The notes under the pieces: generated by a model
What the model was told of the DNA's origin: nothing
The model's input: the letters and a program-made list of their open reading frames with translations, nothing else
Database searches by the model: none
Program-made: the position numbers and the translations under genes
Shown: in pieces, positions 46,051-55,853 of the stretch
Layout of the letters: each line of letters starts with the position of its first letter
How positions within the stretch are numbered: position 1 is the stretch's first letter
Source: Parcubacteria group bacterium
Lineage (GTDB): Bacteria > Patescibacteriota > Minisyncoccia > Moranbacterales > UBA2206
Reading direction: 5' to 3'
DNA: 64,000 bases
Assembly (NCBI GenBank): GCA_041659505.1
Contig: JBAZYF010000001.1
Span: 502,712-566,711, forward strand

Positions 46051-46713
46051 ATGTGTGGAAGATTTTCAATCAGCACTCCTTGGAAAGATTTGGAGGAAAG
46101 ATTTGCGCTAACCATTCCGGAGGGAATTTATAATCCACGCTATAATGCCGCTCCTAGTCAAAAGATGTTAGTTGTTTCGCAGGAAAAACCACACGAAGCG
46201 GAACTTTTTCAATGGGGTTTGATTCCGCACTGGGCCAAAGATACTAAGATTGGGCAAAAGCTGATCAACGCTCGAGCAGAAACAATCACGGAAAAGCCTT
46301 CATTCAAGGAGTCTTTCAAACTTAGGCGCTGTTTTGTGTTGGCAGATGGATTTTATGAGTGGGATAAAAAATCCAACAGTCATATCCCATATCTCATAAT
46401 GCTAAAAGAGGGAGAGCCTTTTGCTTTTGCTGGTATCTATGACTATTGGCGCGATCCATCAGATCGAATGATCCGGTCCTTCTCAATCATAACGACCGAA
46501 GCGAATAGCCTAGTTTCTCGGATCCACGACCGGATGCCCGTGATTCTCACTAGGCAAGAAGAACGAGCGTGGCTTAATCCTGAATTAAAGCTGGATGATG
46601 CTAAACAAATGCTCATTCCTTATCCAGTAGAAGATATGCAAATGTATCAAATATCTACACTAATTAATAGCCCCAGAAATGATAGCGCCGCGGTAGTTGT
46701 TCCGGTCGGTTAA
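46051..46713 (+). CDS. SOS response-associated peptidase (SRAP/YedK, abasic-site processing protein)
   Basis: N-terminal 'MCGRF' catalytic Cys2, 'YNAAPSQ', 'FYEW' motifs. Confidence 0.85.
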   Translation: MCGRFSISTPWKDLEERFALTIPEGIYNPRYNAAPSQKMLVVSQEKPHEAELFQWGLIPHWAKDTKIGQKLINARAETITEKPSFKESFKLRRCFVLADGFYEWDKKSNSHIPYLIMLKEGEPFAFAGIYDYWRDPSDRMIRSFSIITTEANSLVSRIHDRMPVILTRQEERAWLNPELKLDDAKQMLIPYPVEDMQMYQISTLINSPRNDSAAVVVPVG

Positions 46714-46767
46714 TATGCCTAAGTTCTCATTGTGGTATAATTTAGATGTAAATAAAGAATAAAACTT

Positions 46768-48105
46768 ATGTCATTTGAATTTAATTCAGCAATATCCGTT
46801 GAAAAAAAAGAAACACTGGATGATAAATGGTATGAAAGATTTAGCGCTTGCGGTTCTTTCGCTGATTATGAATATCTTGGCGGAGAAAAGTCAGTCAGGG
46901 AAAAGTCGAAAAACGATTTTATTCAAGGAAAGTGCGAAAATCCCACACTTGATTATCCCGATTTGGAAAAATTGGATATATCTCGAAGAGGACAAGACTT
47001 GCTTCAACTTAAAAGAGATATTTTAGAACAAGAAACAAATGAAACGATCAAACAAATATACCGTTGGAAAATAAACGAAAAAATTGCAGAGTTGAGAATG
47101 CTCGGGGAAACAAAAAGCGGAAACGATAGGAGATTTTTTCGTTATTCTAAATTTATCTACGGAAAGCCCGAGCAAGAAATATTTGCATATACGATTAGTC
47201 AGATAAAAAAGGTTATTGATGGTAAAATAAATGATACAAGGGAAGGTGTCCGTGAAGCGGCAAAAAGATTGTCCAATGAATTATCAGATCCACTTTCAAT
47301 AGAAAAACCCAAAATAACTGATTTAAAGGATTTTATAAAAGAAAGCTCGGAATCCAAAGAATTCACTAATACTGAATATAATGCTGAAGAAATAAAATAC
47401 GCTTTTGAACAAGCTTTGGAAAAATATAAATTGACTGGTTGGAATGTGGTAGTCACGGAAAAAGGCACTGCCGTAAGTGTGAGTCAGGAAAATAAAAATG
47501 TTAATATTCCATCAAGCCGAAAAATGAAAGAAAATAAATTAAGGGCACTAATTGAGCATGAAATTGGAACGCATGTTTTGCGGAGAGAAAAAGGAGAAAA
47601 AACTAAACTAAAGCTTTTAGGACTAGGGCTAGATAGGTATTTGAAAGGTGAAGAGGGTATTGCTACCTATGAAGAGCAAAAAATTTTAGGAGCAAACGAG
47701 TTCGCTGGTTTTGATGGGCATTTGGCTATTGCTCTGGCTATGGGAATGGATGGTAAAAAACGAGATTTTAGAAAAGTTTATGAAATATTGAAAGATTATT
47801 ATTTTATCAATTCTAAGAAAGAGGAATCAGAAGCAATAATACAAGCTGAAAACTCTGCCTGGAATCGTTGTGTTAGAACTTTCCGGGGAACTAGCTGTGG
47901 CTCTTGTGGGGCTTGTCTGACAAGGGATATCGTTTATAGGGAAGGAAATATAGGGACTTGGAATGTGGTGAAAAACAAGCCAGAGGAAGTTAAAAGATTT
48001 ATGGTTGGAAAATATGATCCTGGAAATCAGAGACATATCTGGATTTTGGAACAATTGGGCATAACAGATAGCGATTTGGATGATTTAGAAAAAGAATTAT
48101 CGTAG
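46768..48105 (+). CDS. HExxH protein, DUF1704-like ('QEGLA'-motif family)
   Basis: 'IEHEIGTHVLRR' and 'GEEGIATYEEQ'; family assignment from memory. Confidence 0.35.
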   Translation: MSFEFNSAISVEKKETLDDKWYERFSACGSFADYEYLGGEKSVREKSKNDFIQGKCENPTLDYPDLEKLDISRRGQDLLQLKRDILEQETNETIKQIYRWKINEKIAELRMLGETKSGNDRRFFRYSKFIYGKPEQEIFAYTISQIKKVIDGKINDTREGVREAAKRLSNELSDPLSIEKPKITDLKDFIKESSESKEFTNTEYNAEEIKYAFEQALEKYKLTGWNVVVTEKGTAVSVSQENKNVNIPSSRKMKENKLRALIEHEIGTHVLRREKGEKTKLKLLGLGLDRYLKGEEGIATYEEQKILGANEFAGFDGHLAIALAMGMDGKKRDFRKVYEILKDYYFINSKKEESEAIIQAENSAWNRCVRTFRGTSCGSCGACLTRDIVYREGNIGTWNVVKNKPEEVKRFMVGKYDPGNQRHIWILEQLGITDSDLDDLEKELS

Positions 48106-48206
48106 TTGTTCATTAAATTGAAAGAATTTTATTTATAAAGCAGTTTTTACTGCATTAATTAAAATGCTCAAAAATTAAAATGCAAAATGTTGTAGGGCAC
48201 TAGCGC

Positions 48207-48235
48207 TTGCTTTTTCCCTTAGAATGGTGTATAAT
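48207..48235 (+). promoter_or_regulatory. sigma70-like promoter TTGCTT-N17-(TG)TATAAT
   Basis: extended -10; followed 27 nt later by hairpin AAGCGGG tgag CCCGCTT + T-run (48262-48287) and then ATG 48303. Confidence 0.4.
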
Positions 48236-48302
48236 GAATGAGTAGTATAATAGCAGTTGGAAAGCGGGTGAGCCCGCTTTTTGCTTTATATTAAACAAAA
48301 AT

Positions 48303-49007
48303 ATGCCAAAACCGACACAAAAACAAAACAAATCAATTAAACAAGCTAAATCGGAAAAAACCGCTTGTTTTAGAGATGTTTTGTCAAAAATCACTGATTT
48401 TTTTGAAAATGCCAAAAAAAGCTTCAATCCAGGATTATTGACCAGATATCAATTAGAAACCCTAACCCTGATTTGTCTAATTGCCTTTACGGGTTATGTG
48501 GTCTTATTTAAGCAACATTATTCTGAAATGTTTTTGACCCAAGAAGTTCAAGTTCCCAAAAAAAGTCCTCAAGAAATTGAAAGGGAGCGGTTAAAAAAGG
48601 ACCTGCGAGTGGTTGTCAAAGGTCATCCGATCGAAATGATGATTCCCTATATCGCCCAAAAAGATCGTAAAGTTGCCGCATATCTTATCGGTATCGCCAA
48701 AAAAGAAAGTAATTGGGGCGAAAGAAAGCCGGTGTTAGCGGGAGTGGATTGTTTTAATTATTGGGGTTTTCGGGCAGAGCGGGAAAGAATGGGCAGTGGC
48801 GGGCATACTTGTTTTGACAGTCCAAAAGATGCAGTGGATGCTGTTTCCATAAGAATCGCGCAGATTATCGAGCGTAATGATGCTGAATCAGCTAAAGATA
48901 TGTTAGTTTGGAAATGCGGTTCGGATTGTTCGGCGACGGGCGGTCAAGCTGCGGCCAACAAGTGGGCACGGGACGTGGATTTTTATGCAGAAAAAGTTTT
49001 GAATTAA
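48303..49007 (+). CDS. membrane-anchored hypothetical protein (possible lytic-transglycosylase-like 'ES..W..G' motif)
   Basis: TM 'LTLICLIAFTGYVVLF'; 'IGIAKKESNWGERKP'. Confidence 0.3.
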   Translation: MPKPTQKQNKSIKQAKSEKTACFRDVLSKITDFFENAKKSFNPGLLTRYQLETLTLICLIAFTGYVVLFKQHYSEMFLTQEVQVPKKSPQEIERERLKKDLRVVVKGHPIEMMIPYIAQKDRKVAAYLIGIAKKESNWGERKPVLAGVDCFNYWGFRAERERMGSGGHTCFDSPKDAVDAVSIRIAQIIERNDAESAKDMLVWKCGSDCSATGGQAAANKWARDVDFYAEKVLN

Positions 49008-49270
49008 AAGCAGTAATTGAGAAGCGCCCGATGTGGGCGCTTTTTTGTCTCCCAAAAAAAGAACCTTATCCGCTCGAAAATCGTATAATTTATATAATAA
49101 GTAAAAATAAATTGTGACTTACGCATTTGCCAAAAACAATCTTTAAGTCGCGTGGTTTCCTTGAGTTTGTTTTTGACTGTCTTAGCCACCGAGAGTTAGT
49201 GTGATTTTCTCAGGTAAGCCCTGGCTATAGAAAAGCTTGCTTTTGGCAAACGCGTAAGTCCCGAAAAGAT

Positions 49271-49660
49271 ATGAACAGAGTAATTCATTTTGAGGTTCAG
49301 GCTGATGATGTGGCGCGAGCGAAAAAGTTCTATGAAAAAGCCTTTGGTTGGAAAATCACGCAAGCGATGACCAAGGAAAAAGGTGGAATGGACTATTGGA
49401 TGCTCGACACGGGAACGGGGCCTGGTATCGGCGGTGGCCTATACGCACGACCCAAAAAAGAGGAGGAGCGGTTTTTCACCTTTGACGACACAATCTTAGT
49501 CGAAGATATCGACAAAGCCGTGGAGGCGGTCAAAGACAATGGTGGTATGATCACAAGGGAAAAATCAGAGCTGGCCGGCGTGGGTTGGTTTGCTAGCGCC
49601 AAAGATACCGAAGGCAATCGTTTTAGCCTGATGCAAGCGACAGATTGGAAGCCGATGTGA
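49271..49660 (+). CDS. VOC (glyoxalase/bleomycin-resistance) family protein
   Basis: 'HFEVQADDVARAKKFYEKAFGW' and 'GNRFSLMQ' VOC-fold hallmarks. Confidence 0.65.
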   Translation: MNRVIHFEVQADDVARAKKFYEKAFGWKITQAMTKEKGGMDYWMLDTGTGPGIGGGLYARPKKEEERFFTFDDTILVEDIDKAVEAVKDNGGMITREKSELAGVGWFASAKDTEGNRFSLMQATDWKPM

Positions 49661-49743
49661 TAAATTGCACGTCTTTCCGATAAGTCTGAAAAAATCAAAA
49701 GATCTCTTTTGGAGATTTTTTGATTTTTGAGGTATAATAGGGG

Positions 49744-50991
49744 GTGCTTAATGAAAATCAAATGGACTTTAATTTATACAAACCACGAGAAGAAATATCT
49801 GTCTGGAAGCGTCCGATTTCTTTTGGGTTTGTTGTGCTTGTGATGCTGATATTATCGTCTGGTGTGCTTTGGCTGGTGCATAAGAATAATAAAATTGTTT
49901 TTGATGAGAATGATTATCACGTAACTTTTCACAAAAGGCATAAGGTCGCGGTCGTGCTGGAAGCTCCGGAAAAAGAAGTCTGGCATTTTGTGCCCGGGGT
50001 GTTCTCGATGGAACAGATCAAGAAAAATGGTTGCGTGGTAGATGGATTTCTTTCCGGTTATGGCGACAAGACGGGAGATATTGCGGATATGCTTGATCGT
50101 TCGAAGTGCGTCTATCTGCATCGGGCGCTGGAAACGTGGCTACGACCGCCGAATTTTGAGAAGGCGAATGAAATTATGCATACTGTGACCAAGCGGCCGG
50201 TGGTTTATGGAATGTTTTTGGCTGAAGCGATTTCCACGCGCAGAGACTATGAGGATCCCGAGTGGGATCATAAATTTGAGTTCAAAAAAATGTGTCGCAA
50301 TGGAAATTATAACCAATGGGAAAAAAATAGTTGCATCCCGTCTCTTGATGAGCCGGAATATCGCCGGTATCTGAAATCAATTACACACCGGGCGATGGAT
50401 CTCGGGATTCAAAGTTTTATGTTCGGCCAGATGGAACTGCAAGACGAGCATCCTAATTTTGACGAAACGCAAGTGAAAATTGTGCTCGATGATATGCGGA
50501 GCTATGCCAAAGAGAAAAATCTGCAAATTGTCATTGGCGCGCAGACCAACGATATCACCGATGAAAGATATCTGCGTCTGTTTGATTATATCGAAGGCGG
50601 AGTGGGAATCGACAGCAATGGGATTGTGGAAAATCAACCCTGTTCGAGTAAGTTCTCTAGTTGTTGGGCGCTTTTGTGGGACAAGCAATATAGTGCAAAA
50701 GCTAATAATGTCCTGCTGCACCTTGATTGGAGCGGGCTGACCTGGGATGATATGGGCGTGTTTGCGCGGATGAATCAGGATTTACGTGTGAGCACGCTGG
50801 ACGGGCTGTATCACAAATTTACCAAACAAAACATGGGCTTTCTGATGCCATTCCTCGCGGTGCTTAATCATGAAAACGAAGGCTGTTATGGCCCGAACAA
50901 GCATTTTTACACCCCGAGTAAGAAATATCGCTGTGATGACGAGGACAAGATCAATAAGATGATGCCAAATGTGTCTTTGGCGGGGAATTAA
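49744..50991 (+). CDS. hypothetical membrane-anchored protein
   Basis: N-terminal TM; no recognised motif. Confidence 0.35.
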   Translation: MLNENQMDFNLYKPREEISVWKRPISFGFVVLVMLILSSGVLWLVHKNNKIVFDENDYHVTFHKRHKVAVVLEAPEKEVWHFVPGVFSMEQIKKNGCVVDGFLSGYGDKTGDIADMLDRSKCVYLHRALETWLRPPNFEKANEIMHTVTKRPVVYGMFLAEAISTRRDYEDPEWDHKFEFKKMCRNGNYNQWEKNSCIPSLDEPEYRRYLKSITHRAMDLGIQSFMFGQMELQDEHPNFDETQVKIVLDDMRSYAKEKNLQIVIGAQTNDITDERYLRLFDYIEGGVGIDSNGIVENQPCSSKFSSCWALLWDKQYSAKANNVLLHLDWSGLTWDDMGVFARMNQDLRVSTLDGLYHKFTKQNMGFLMPFLAVLNHENEGCYGPNKHFYTPSKKYRCDDEDKINKMMPNVSLAGN

Positions 50992-51086
50992 ACTTGTTAG
51001 TTTTGGGCGCGAAGAAAGCTCGTTGAGCTTTCTTTTTTTATTTGCTAAGATGAAAGCAGAGTTGAGATAATATAAAACAAAACTAT

Positions 51087-53810
51087 ATGTTCGGAGATCC
51101 AAGCATGTCGGCAATTCCTAGCCCGGAGAAAAAAAGAATCAAATCGGAAAAAGAAATTTTAAGACCAGGTTTTTTAGAAGAACTGGATGGTCTTTCATCT
51201 TCCCAATTAGAGTTGCTGGCTAAAATTGCGATGGAAAGGCGAGATGAGAAAGTGCTGGACGAAGCAAGGGCGGAAGCTTTTCAATCTCTGGAAAAGCAAG
51301 GGATGGTTTCAAATTCACCAGAAGGGATTATGCTGGTTGATTTGGAAAAAATAAAAAGTATTACAAAATTACCAGCGAAGGAAAAAGAAACTTTTAAAAG
51401 ATCATTGGGTCCGATTCAACTCGACAAAAAGTTTGGGGGGAAGAATTTTTTTAAGGCGCTCACACTGCTTTTTAATGATCAGAAAGTGCTTGCAAAAGAA
51501 GATTATGCTGTGGGAGAGCGAGAGCCAAAAGACCTATTCTATTCCCCTAAAAACAAAGAGGAGGCATTAGATGTGGAGAAAATAAAACAGAGTCAGTTCT
51601 ATATGCTTTTGCCAGGCTTAGTGAAGGTCAATGATTGGGAAAATGTTGAAATTGGCAAAATTCCTTCAAACAAAAAAGATCCTAAAAATGGCTTGGATTA
51701 TCGCGAAGCGTTACTTGCGGTACTTATTTATCATCCAAAATATAGCAATGGTCAGCGCAATGAAAAAGACGGTAAGCTATATGTCAAAAGAAGCGATCGA
51801 GAAGGGAAATATGGAAAAATATCAGCCGAATATCTGATGAAAGAGTATGGCACAATGGGTGGATATTCTGGAATTGAAGGTGGATCGTTACAGAATGGTC
51901 GGCTATTTGTGACGAAGAATCTGCCCAATTTAGTGGCGCGTAAAATGCTTTTGTCGGATGACTTTGAGGCGCACTGGGAAACTGCGACAACAGAAAAAGA
52001 AATTGGTAGCAAGAATTTTCGCCGAAAAGGAATGACGATGTTTAATGGCGTTGCGCATACTGTCAGTAGTAGATTTTCCACTAAAGATAATAGGTTCAAG
52101 GCCTATCATTTGGCGCCAGATGTTGGTGGCGTGGTTGAAGATAGAGACGGACAGAAAAAAATGGTGGCAACTTTTAATATTTTTCAAAAAGGAACCGCGA
52201 AGAAATCAGAGAAAGGATTTTATTTGGCGGGGACGTCAATGACAAAAGCGGTGGATTTGGATAAATTTTCCGAGAGGCAAAAAAATGAAAGCGAAGAGGA
52301 GTTTCAGGCGCGAATGGAAAAAGGCAATCCGGCTAAGTTTATGATGGGAGAGGAGAATTTTGAAGAATATCTGCGTGTGAGAGAAAAACTTTCTCAGGAG
52401 GCGGGCTTTAATTTGAATAAATTACCGATAGAAAAACAAAAGGCACTCTTTGAACTTATGGAAGAAGCAGAAGGTAATGGAAGCGAAGCGCGCTTGCTCA
52501 GTTTACTTGGAGAATACAAAGACGATTGTCTGCAGACGCTTTTAGTCTTCGGGGATGATTCATCTGGGCGGGAAAATATATTCAAAATTGGCGAAATTGA
52601 TCCTAAATTGGCTTGGCCGATCTTTCGCAAGTTCAATCGGATTGCTGATTTGCTGGAGAACGCGAAAGAGAAAATCGCGCATTTTTGGCAAGATAATAAT
52701 CAATCTGGAAAAGAACAGACGGAAGAAGTTCTTCAGGGGTATCGGAAAACGGCTGATGAATATCTACAAGAATTTTCCCAGTTGGCGGAGTTAAAAAGCC
52801 AGGAATTGTGGAAAGTGCGGGAGAGCGAACTAATGCCAAAAATTGACAATTTCTCGGAAAACGTTGTACTTTGGGCAAATTCTTTTCATGTAGCACAAAA
52901 AAGAAAAGAAAGTATTCCGGGGTCAAGTTTCAAGGGAGCGCTGAAGGAATATGAAAAGGCTGAAGGGAATTTTTGGGAACAGTATGGTGCAAAGCAAAGT
53001 GTTCTATCCGGAGCGGAAGTTAATTCGAACCATCATTTGAGAGATCAAATTATTTCTGGCTATCAAAAAGAGTATGAAGAAAGAATAGAGCTAGCTGGCG
53101 GATTGGTTAGTAGTTATCTGAAAAAAATAGAAACACCGGAAAGTAATCAAGCAATGAAAGTTTTCATCCTTCAGGTTGCTGGAAAGTTGGTGGCGCATTG
53201 CCGTTTTGACGAGGAAAAAGACGGGCAAGTTTATTTTGGATCGGCCTTTGTTACAAACTATGAGCAAAGAAACTCTATCGGGCGCTATTTCCTAAATGAA
53301 GCGCTGACCTCAATGGGTGAGAAATATCGCTTGCACGCCGATTGCATTCCGAGCGAAGCCATTTGCGGTCACTATATGTCTAAACAAAATTTTGTGGTAG
53401 ACAGAATAACCGAAGATTATGCCAAATTTGGCGAGCCGTTTATTTTTCACATCACGCGTGAAAAAACTGCAGACATCAAAAAAACGTATTATCAATCAAT
53501 TGCACGCGAGCAAATAATGGAAGAATATCACGCGGGAAATTTTTCCGAAAAAGATGGGCGAATAATTTTGCGTTTTCCAATTCAGAAAAAAGTTTCTCCG
53601 GGAATGTATCCCGAAGAGATGAAAAAGCAACTCACAGAACTGATTAATGAAAAAGGCTTTGTGATGACTGGGTACTTTTTTATTGCTAGTGATGAATCAG
53701 AGAAAGAAAGAATGGTTTATTGTGCACTGGAACGATTGGATGAATCCGGAAATGACTCTGTCGGCGGAACTGGCGTGATTGGTGAGAGTTCCGAAAAAGC
53801 CTTGGAATGA
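51087..53810 (+). CDS. large hypothetical protein (907 aa)
   Basis: long ORF; possible acyltransferase-like region near C-terminus (weak); 3' end overlaps convergent TrmB-like gene by about 90 nt. Confidence 0.4.
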   Translation: MFGDPSMSAIPSPEKKRIKSEKEILRPGFLEELDGLSSSQLELLAKIAMERRDEKVLDEARAEAFQSLEKQGMVSNSPEGIMLVDLEKIKSITKLPAKEKETFKRSLGPIQLDKKFGGKNFFKALTLLFNDQKVLAKEDYAVGEREPKDLFYSPKNKEEALDVEKIKQSQFYMLLPGLVKVNDWENVEIGKIPSNKKDPKNGLDYREALLAVLIYHPKYSNGQRNEKDGKLYVKRSDREGKYGKISAEYLMKEYGTMGGYSGIEGGSLQNGRLFVTKNLPNLVARKMLLSDDFEAHWETATTEKEIGSKNFRRKGMTMFNGVAHTVSSRFSTKDNRFKAYHLAPDVGGVVEDRDGQKKMVATFNIFQKGTAKKSEKGFYLAGTSMTKAVDLDKFSERQKNESEEEFQARMEKGNPAKFMMGEENFEEYLRVREKLSQEAGFNLNKLPIEKQKALFELMEEAEGNGSEARLLSLLGEYKDDCLQTLLVFGDDSSGRENIFKIGEIDPKLAWPIFRKFNRIADLLENAKEKIAHFWQDNNQSGKEQTEEVLQGYRKTADEYLQEFSQLAELKSQELWKVRESELMPKIDNFSENVVLWANSFHVAQKRKESIPGSSFKGALKEYEKAEGNFWEQYGAKQSVLSGAEVNSNHHLRDQIISGYQKEYEERIELAGGLVSSYLKKIETPESNQAMKVFILQVAGKLVAHCRFDEEKDGQVYFGSAFVTNYEQRNSIGRYFLNEALTSMGEKYRLHADCIPSEAICGHYMSKQNFVVDRITEDYAKFGEPFIFHITREKTADIKKTYYQSIAREQIMEEYHAGNFSEKDGRIILRFPIQKKVSPGMYPEEMKKQLTELINEKGFVMTGYFFIASDESEKERMVYCALERLDESGNDSVGGTGVIGESSEKALE

Positions 53811-54550
53811 GACCAGATGAAATTGAAAAGCACTTTATTCATTTGATAGATATTTTTATCAGTAATGATCATTGAAGTGATGGCGTCGGCGGAAAGGGAG
53901 ATGTAGGCGATTTTATTGTCATAGATTTGCATAATCGAGCTAAAGGGATAGAGAGTATAGTCAACAAAGCGCGTGTCAGTTACATCGACATGATATTTTT
54001 CCAAATACTTCCGGGCAAAAGGTGAGTCAACGCAGACCATCTTTTTTTGTTTGTGCAGACGTTCTCTTTGTTTGACGTATTCCTGATTGATTTTGTCCAT
54101 ATATTTCACTACCGCCTCTACGTCGACCAGCGTGCAAATCGTTTCTTGGGCGGTCAGTGTGTCAGCCAATACCTTCCGGAGTCCCTCCTCGCCTTCATAG
54201 AAGCGTACGCCGGGCTTATTGAAGGCTAGATTGTAGTTGGTGACCAATTGAGGCATCAGTTCACCCATCGTTCTTTTGTAGTAATTGACCTTTTGGGCTT
54301 GTTCTTCCAGTCTTTCATTGATCTTATTGGGGTGTTCTACCCGAAAAATGGCTACTTTGCGGGGTTTTTCGATTTTAATGATGAGGCCTTTTTCCGACAG
54401 TTGCTCAAGCAATTTATAGACCAATCCGCGCTTATAGGCGGTTTTTTTATATATCTCACTGGCTGGCGCTTGCCCGATGCCAAGGATAAGCTCATATATT
54501 TCGGCTTCTTTGGCGGTCAAACCTGCCGCAGAGAGGATTTTTTCGTACAT
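53717..54550 (-). CDS. TrmB-family transcriptional regulator (paralog 3)
   Basis: 'LTAKEAEIYELILGIGQAPASEIYKKTAYKRGLVYKLLEQLSEKGLI' wHTH. Confidence 0.55.
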   Translation of the reverse strand: MYEKILSAAGLTAKEAEIYELILGIGQAPASEIYKKTAYKRGLVYKLLEQLSEKGLIIKIEKPRKVAIFRVEHPNKINERLEEQAQKVNYYKRTMGELMPQLVTNYNLAFNKPGVRFYEGEEGLRKVLADTLTAQETICTLVDVEAVVKYMDKINQEYVKQRERLHKQKKMVCVDSPFARKYLEKYHVDVTDTRFVDYTLYPFSSIMQIYDNKIAYISLSADAITSMIITDKNIYQMNKVLFNFIWSHSKAFSELSPITPVPPTESFPDSSNRSSAQ

Positions 54551-54598
54551 AATGGTTGTTTTGGCTTAAATTAGGTAAAAATAACTTTGTGTCATTCC

Positions 54599-54748
54599 CG
54601 CGAAGGCGGGAATCCAGGTACCCAAGGCTTTAAAAAGGGAAAAACGGGGGATAGATGGATAAAAAATAGAAGTTAGGGGATTTATAATTCGTTTTTTTGT
54701 AATTTATAACTAGTGGTGCCTGGATCCCCGCCTTCGCGGGGATGACAC
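54599..54748. mobile_element. MITE-like element family A, copy 3 (150 bp, shorter core)
   Basis: TIRs GTGTCATTCCCGCGAAGGCGGGAATCCAGG / CCTGGATCCCCGCCTTCGCGGGGATGACAC. Confidence 0.7.
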
Positions 54749-54891
54749 GTAAAAATCAATTTCCTACCCCCATTATACACCCCAAATAGTAAATTGTCAA
54801 ATATACGTGACAATAGTATAGCCTAAATACGCCAATATAGTTCCTATAATATCAGATATATTGACATTTCCAAAATATCTTTCACAATATA

Positions 54892-54920
54892 TTGACAAAA
54901 CAGTTCAGAGATGCTATACT
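54892..54920 (+). promoter_or_regulatory. strong sigma70-like promoter TTGACA-N17-TATACT at head of cassette-like array
   Basis: consensus -35, near-consensus -10; followed by about 430 nt with no ORF >=60 aa. Confidence 0.5.
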
Positions 54921-55348
54921 ACGCAGTCAAGATAAATCGACAAAGTTTCGAAGACATCTGACAGTAATTTTAAATCTAGAATTGTTATTAGCACTAAGGT
55001 GATTGGCGAGCCCCGCTCAACCCTGGCATGGTAGTCAGATTCAATTGAGAAAGGCAAAGCTAATCGAACCAACCTTGGCGCGATACGTCATCTAGTAACC
55101 CTACAATATCAAACCTTATCCATCGTGATGAGTGGCACAGGCTTAATCCTAAAAGATAGTAAGCTTGTCCAGTCCTTATGATCAGTCCAACTTACTAAAA
55201 TTTTAGGTAAACCGGACTTAACGAGAATTAGAGACTAGGGAAATTATGTTATTTGCCTTGCAAACCGGCACTACGAACGCCGGACATGCGAATAAAAATT
55301 TCCCCTTAATTCAAATCATTATAAAAGATAGTGGTTTGATAGAGTGAA

Positions 55349-55452
55349 GTTCTTTGAAAGAAAAGTAGTATAGTTATCACATTTTTCTCCAGTTAGTTGT
55401 TTCCATTGCGGTTGTCTTTTTTTGAAGGCAATTGCAGTGGGAATAATTAACT
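55349..55452. repeat. cassette boundary module C, copy 1 (core TTTTCTCCAGTTAGTTGTTTCCATTGCGGTTGTCT...GGCAATTGCAGTGG)
   Basis: second copy at 56872-56982, each immediately upstream of a small TM-protein gene. Confidence 0.7.
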
Positions 55453-55502
55453 GAAAACAATCAAAAAATAGCTCTGCGAAAGCGGGGAAGGAGGATGCTA
55501 TA

Positions 55503-55829
55503 ATGAAAAAAATAGTATGTACTGGTCTAAGTTTGTTTTTTCTTTTTTTGTTTGTATATGTCTTCTATACGGTGACAAAAAACACCGTCGAAGACGATGA
55601 AAGCAAAAAAAGTACCCGCTCTTTTTTGTTGGAGCGGGGATACACGAAAGATCTGTTTGAAATGTACGGCCCCCCTAACCGTATATTTCAGATCGATAGC
55701 GACCCAGAGGGTCGCTACGTATATATCTATCAGAAACAAGACGGCACGGGGAGGGCTGCCGTCATAACGGAGGTGAAATTTCTGATAAGGAAGGATGGAA
55801 AGGTTTTGTCAATAACCAATCCATTCTAG
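55503..55829 (+). CDS. small membrane-anchored hypothetical protein (108 aa)
   Basis: GGAAGGAGGA RBS; N-terminal TM. Confidence 0.5.
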   Translation: MKKIVCTGLSLFFLFLFVYVFYTVTKNTVEDDESKKSTRSFLLERGYTKDLFEMYGPPNRIFQIDSDPEGRYVYIYQKQDGTGRAAVITEVKFLIRKDGKVLSITNPF

Positions 55830-55853
55830 AAGAGCAAACAGGAAAATCCAAAC

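Noticed and set aside
54930-55350. Possible RNase P RNA behind the strong promoter
   Set aside because: A CCGGACUUA-like 3' P4 strand is present, but no matching GGAAAGUCCGG 5' strand or other universally conserved regions were found by eye.
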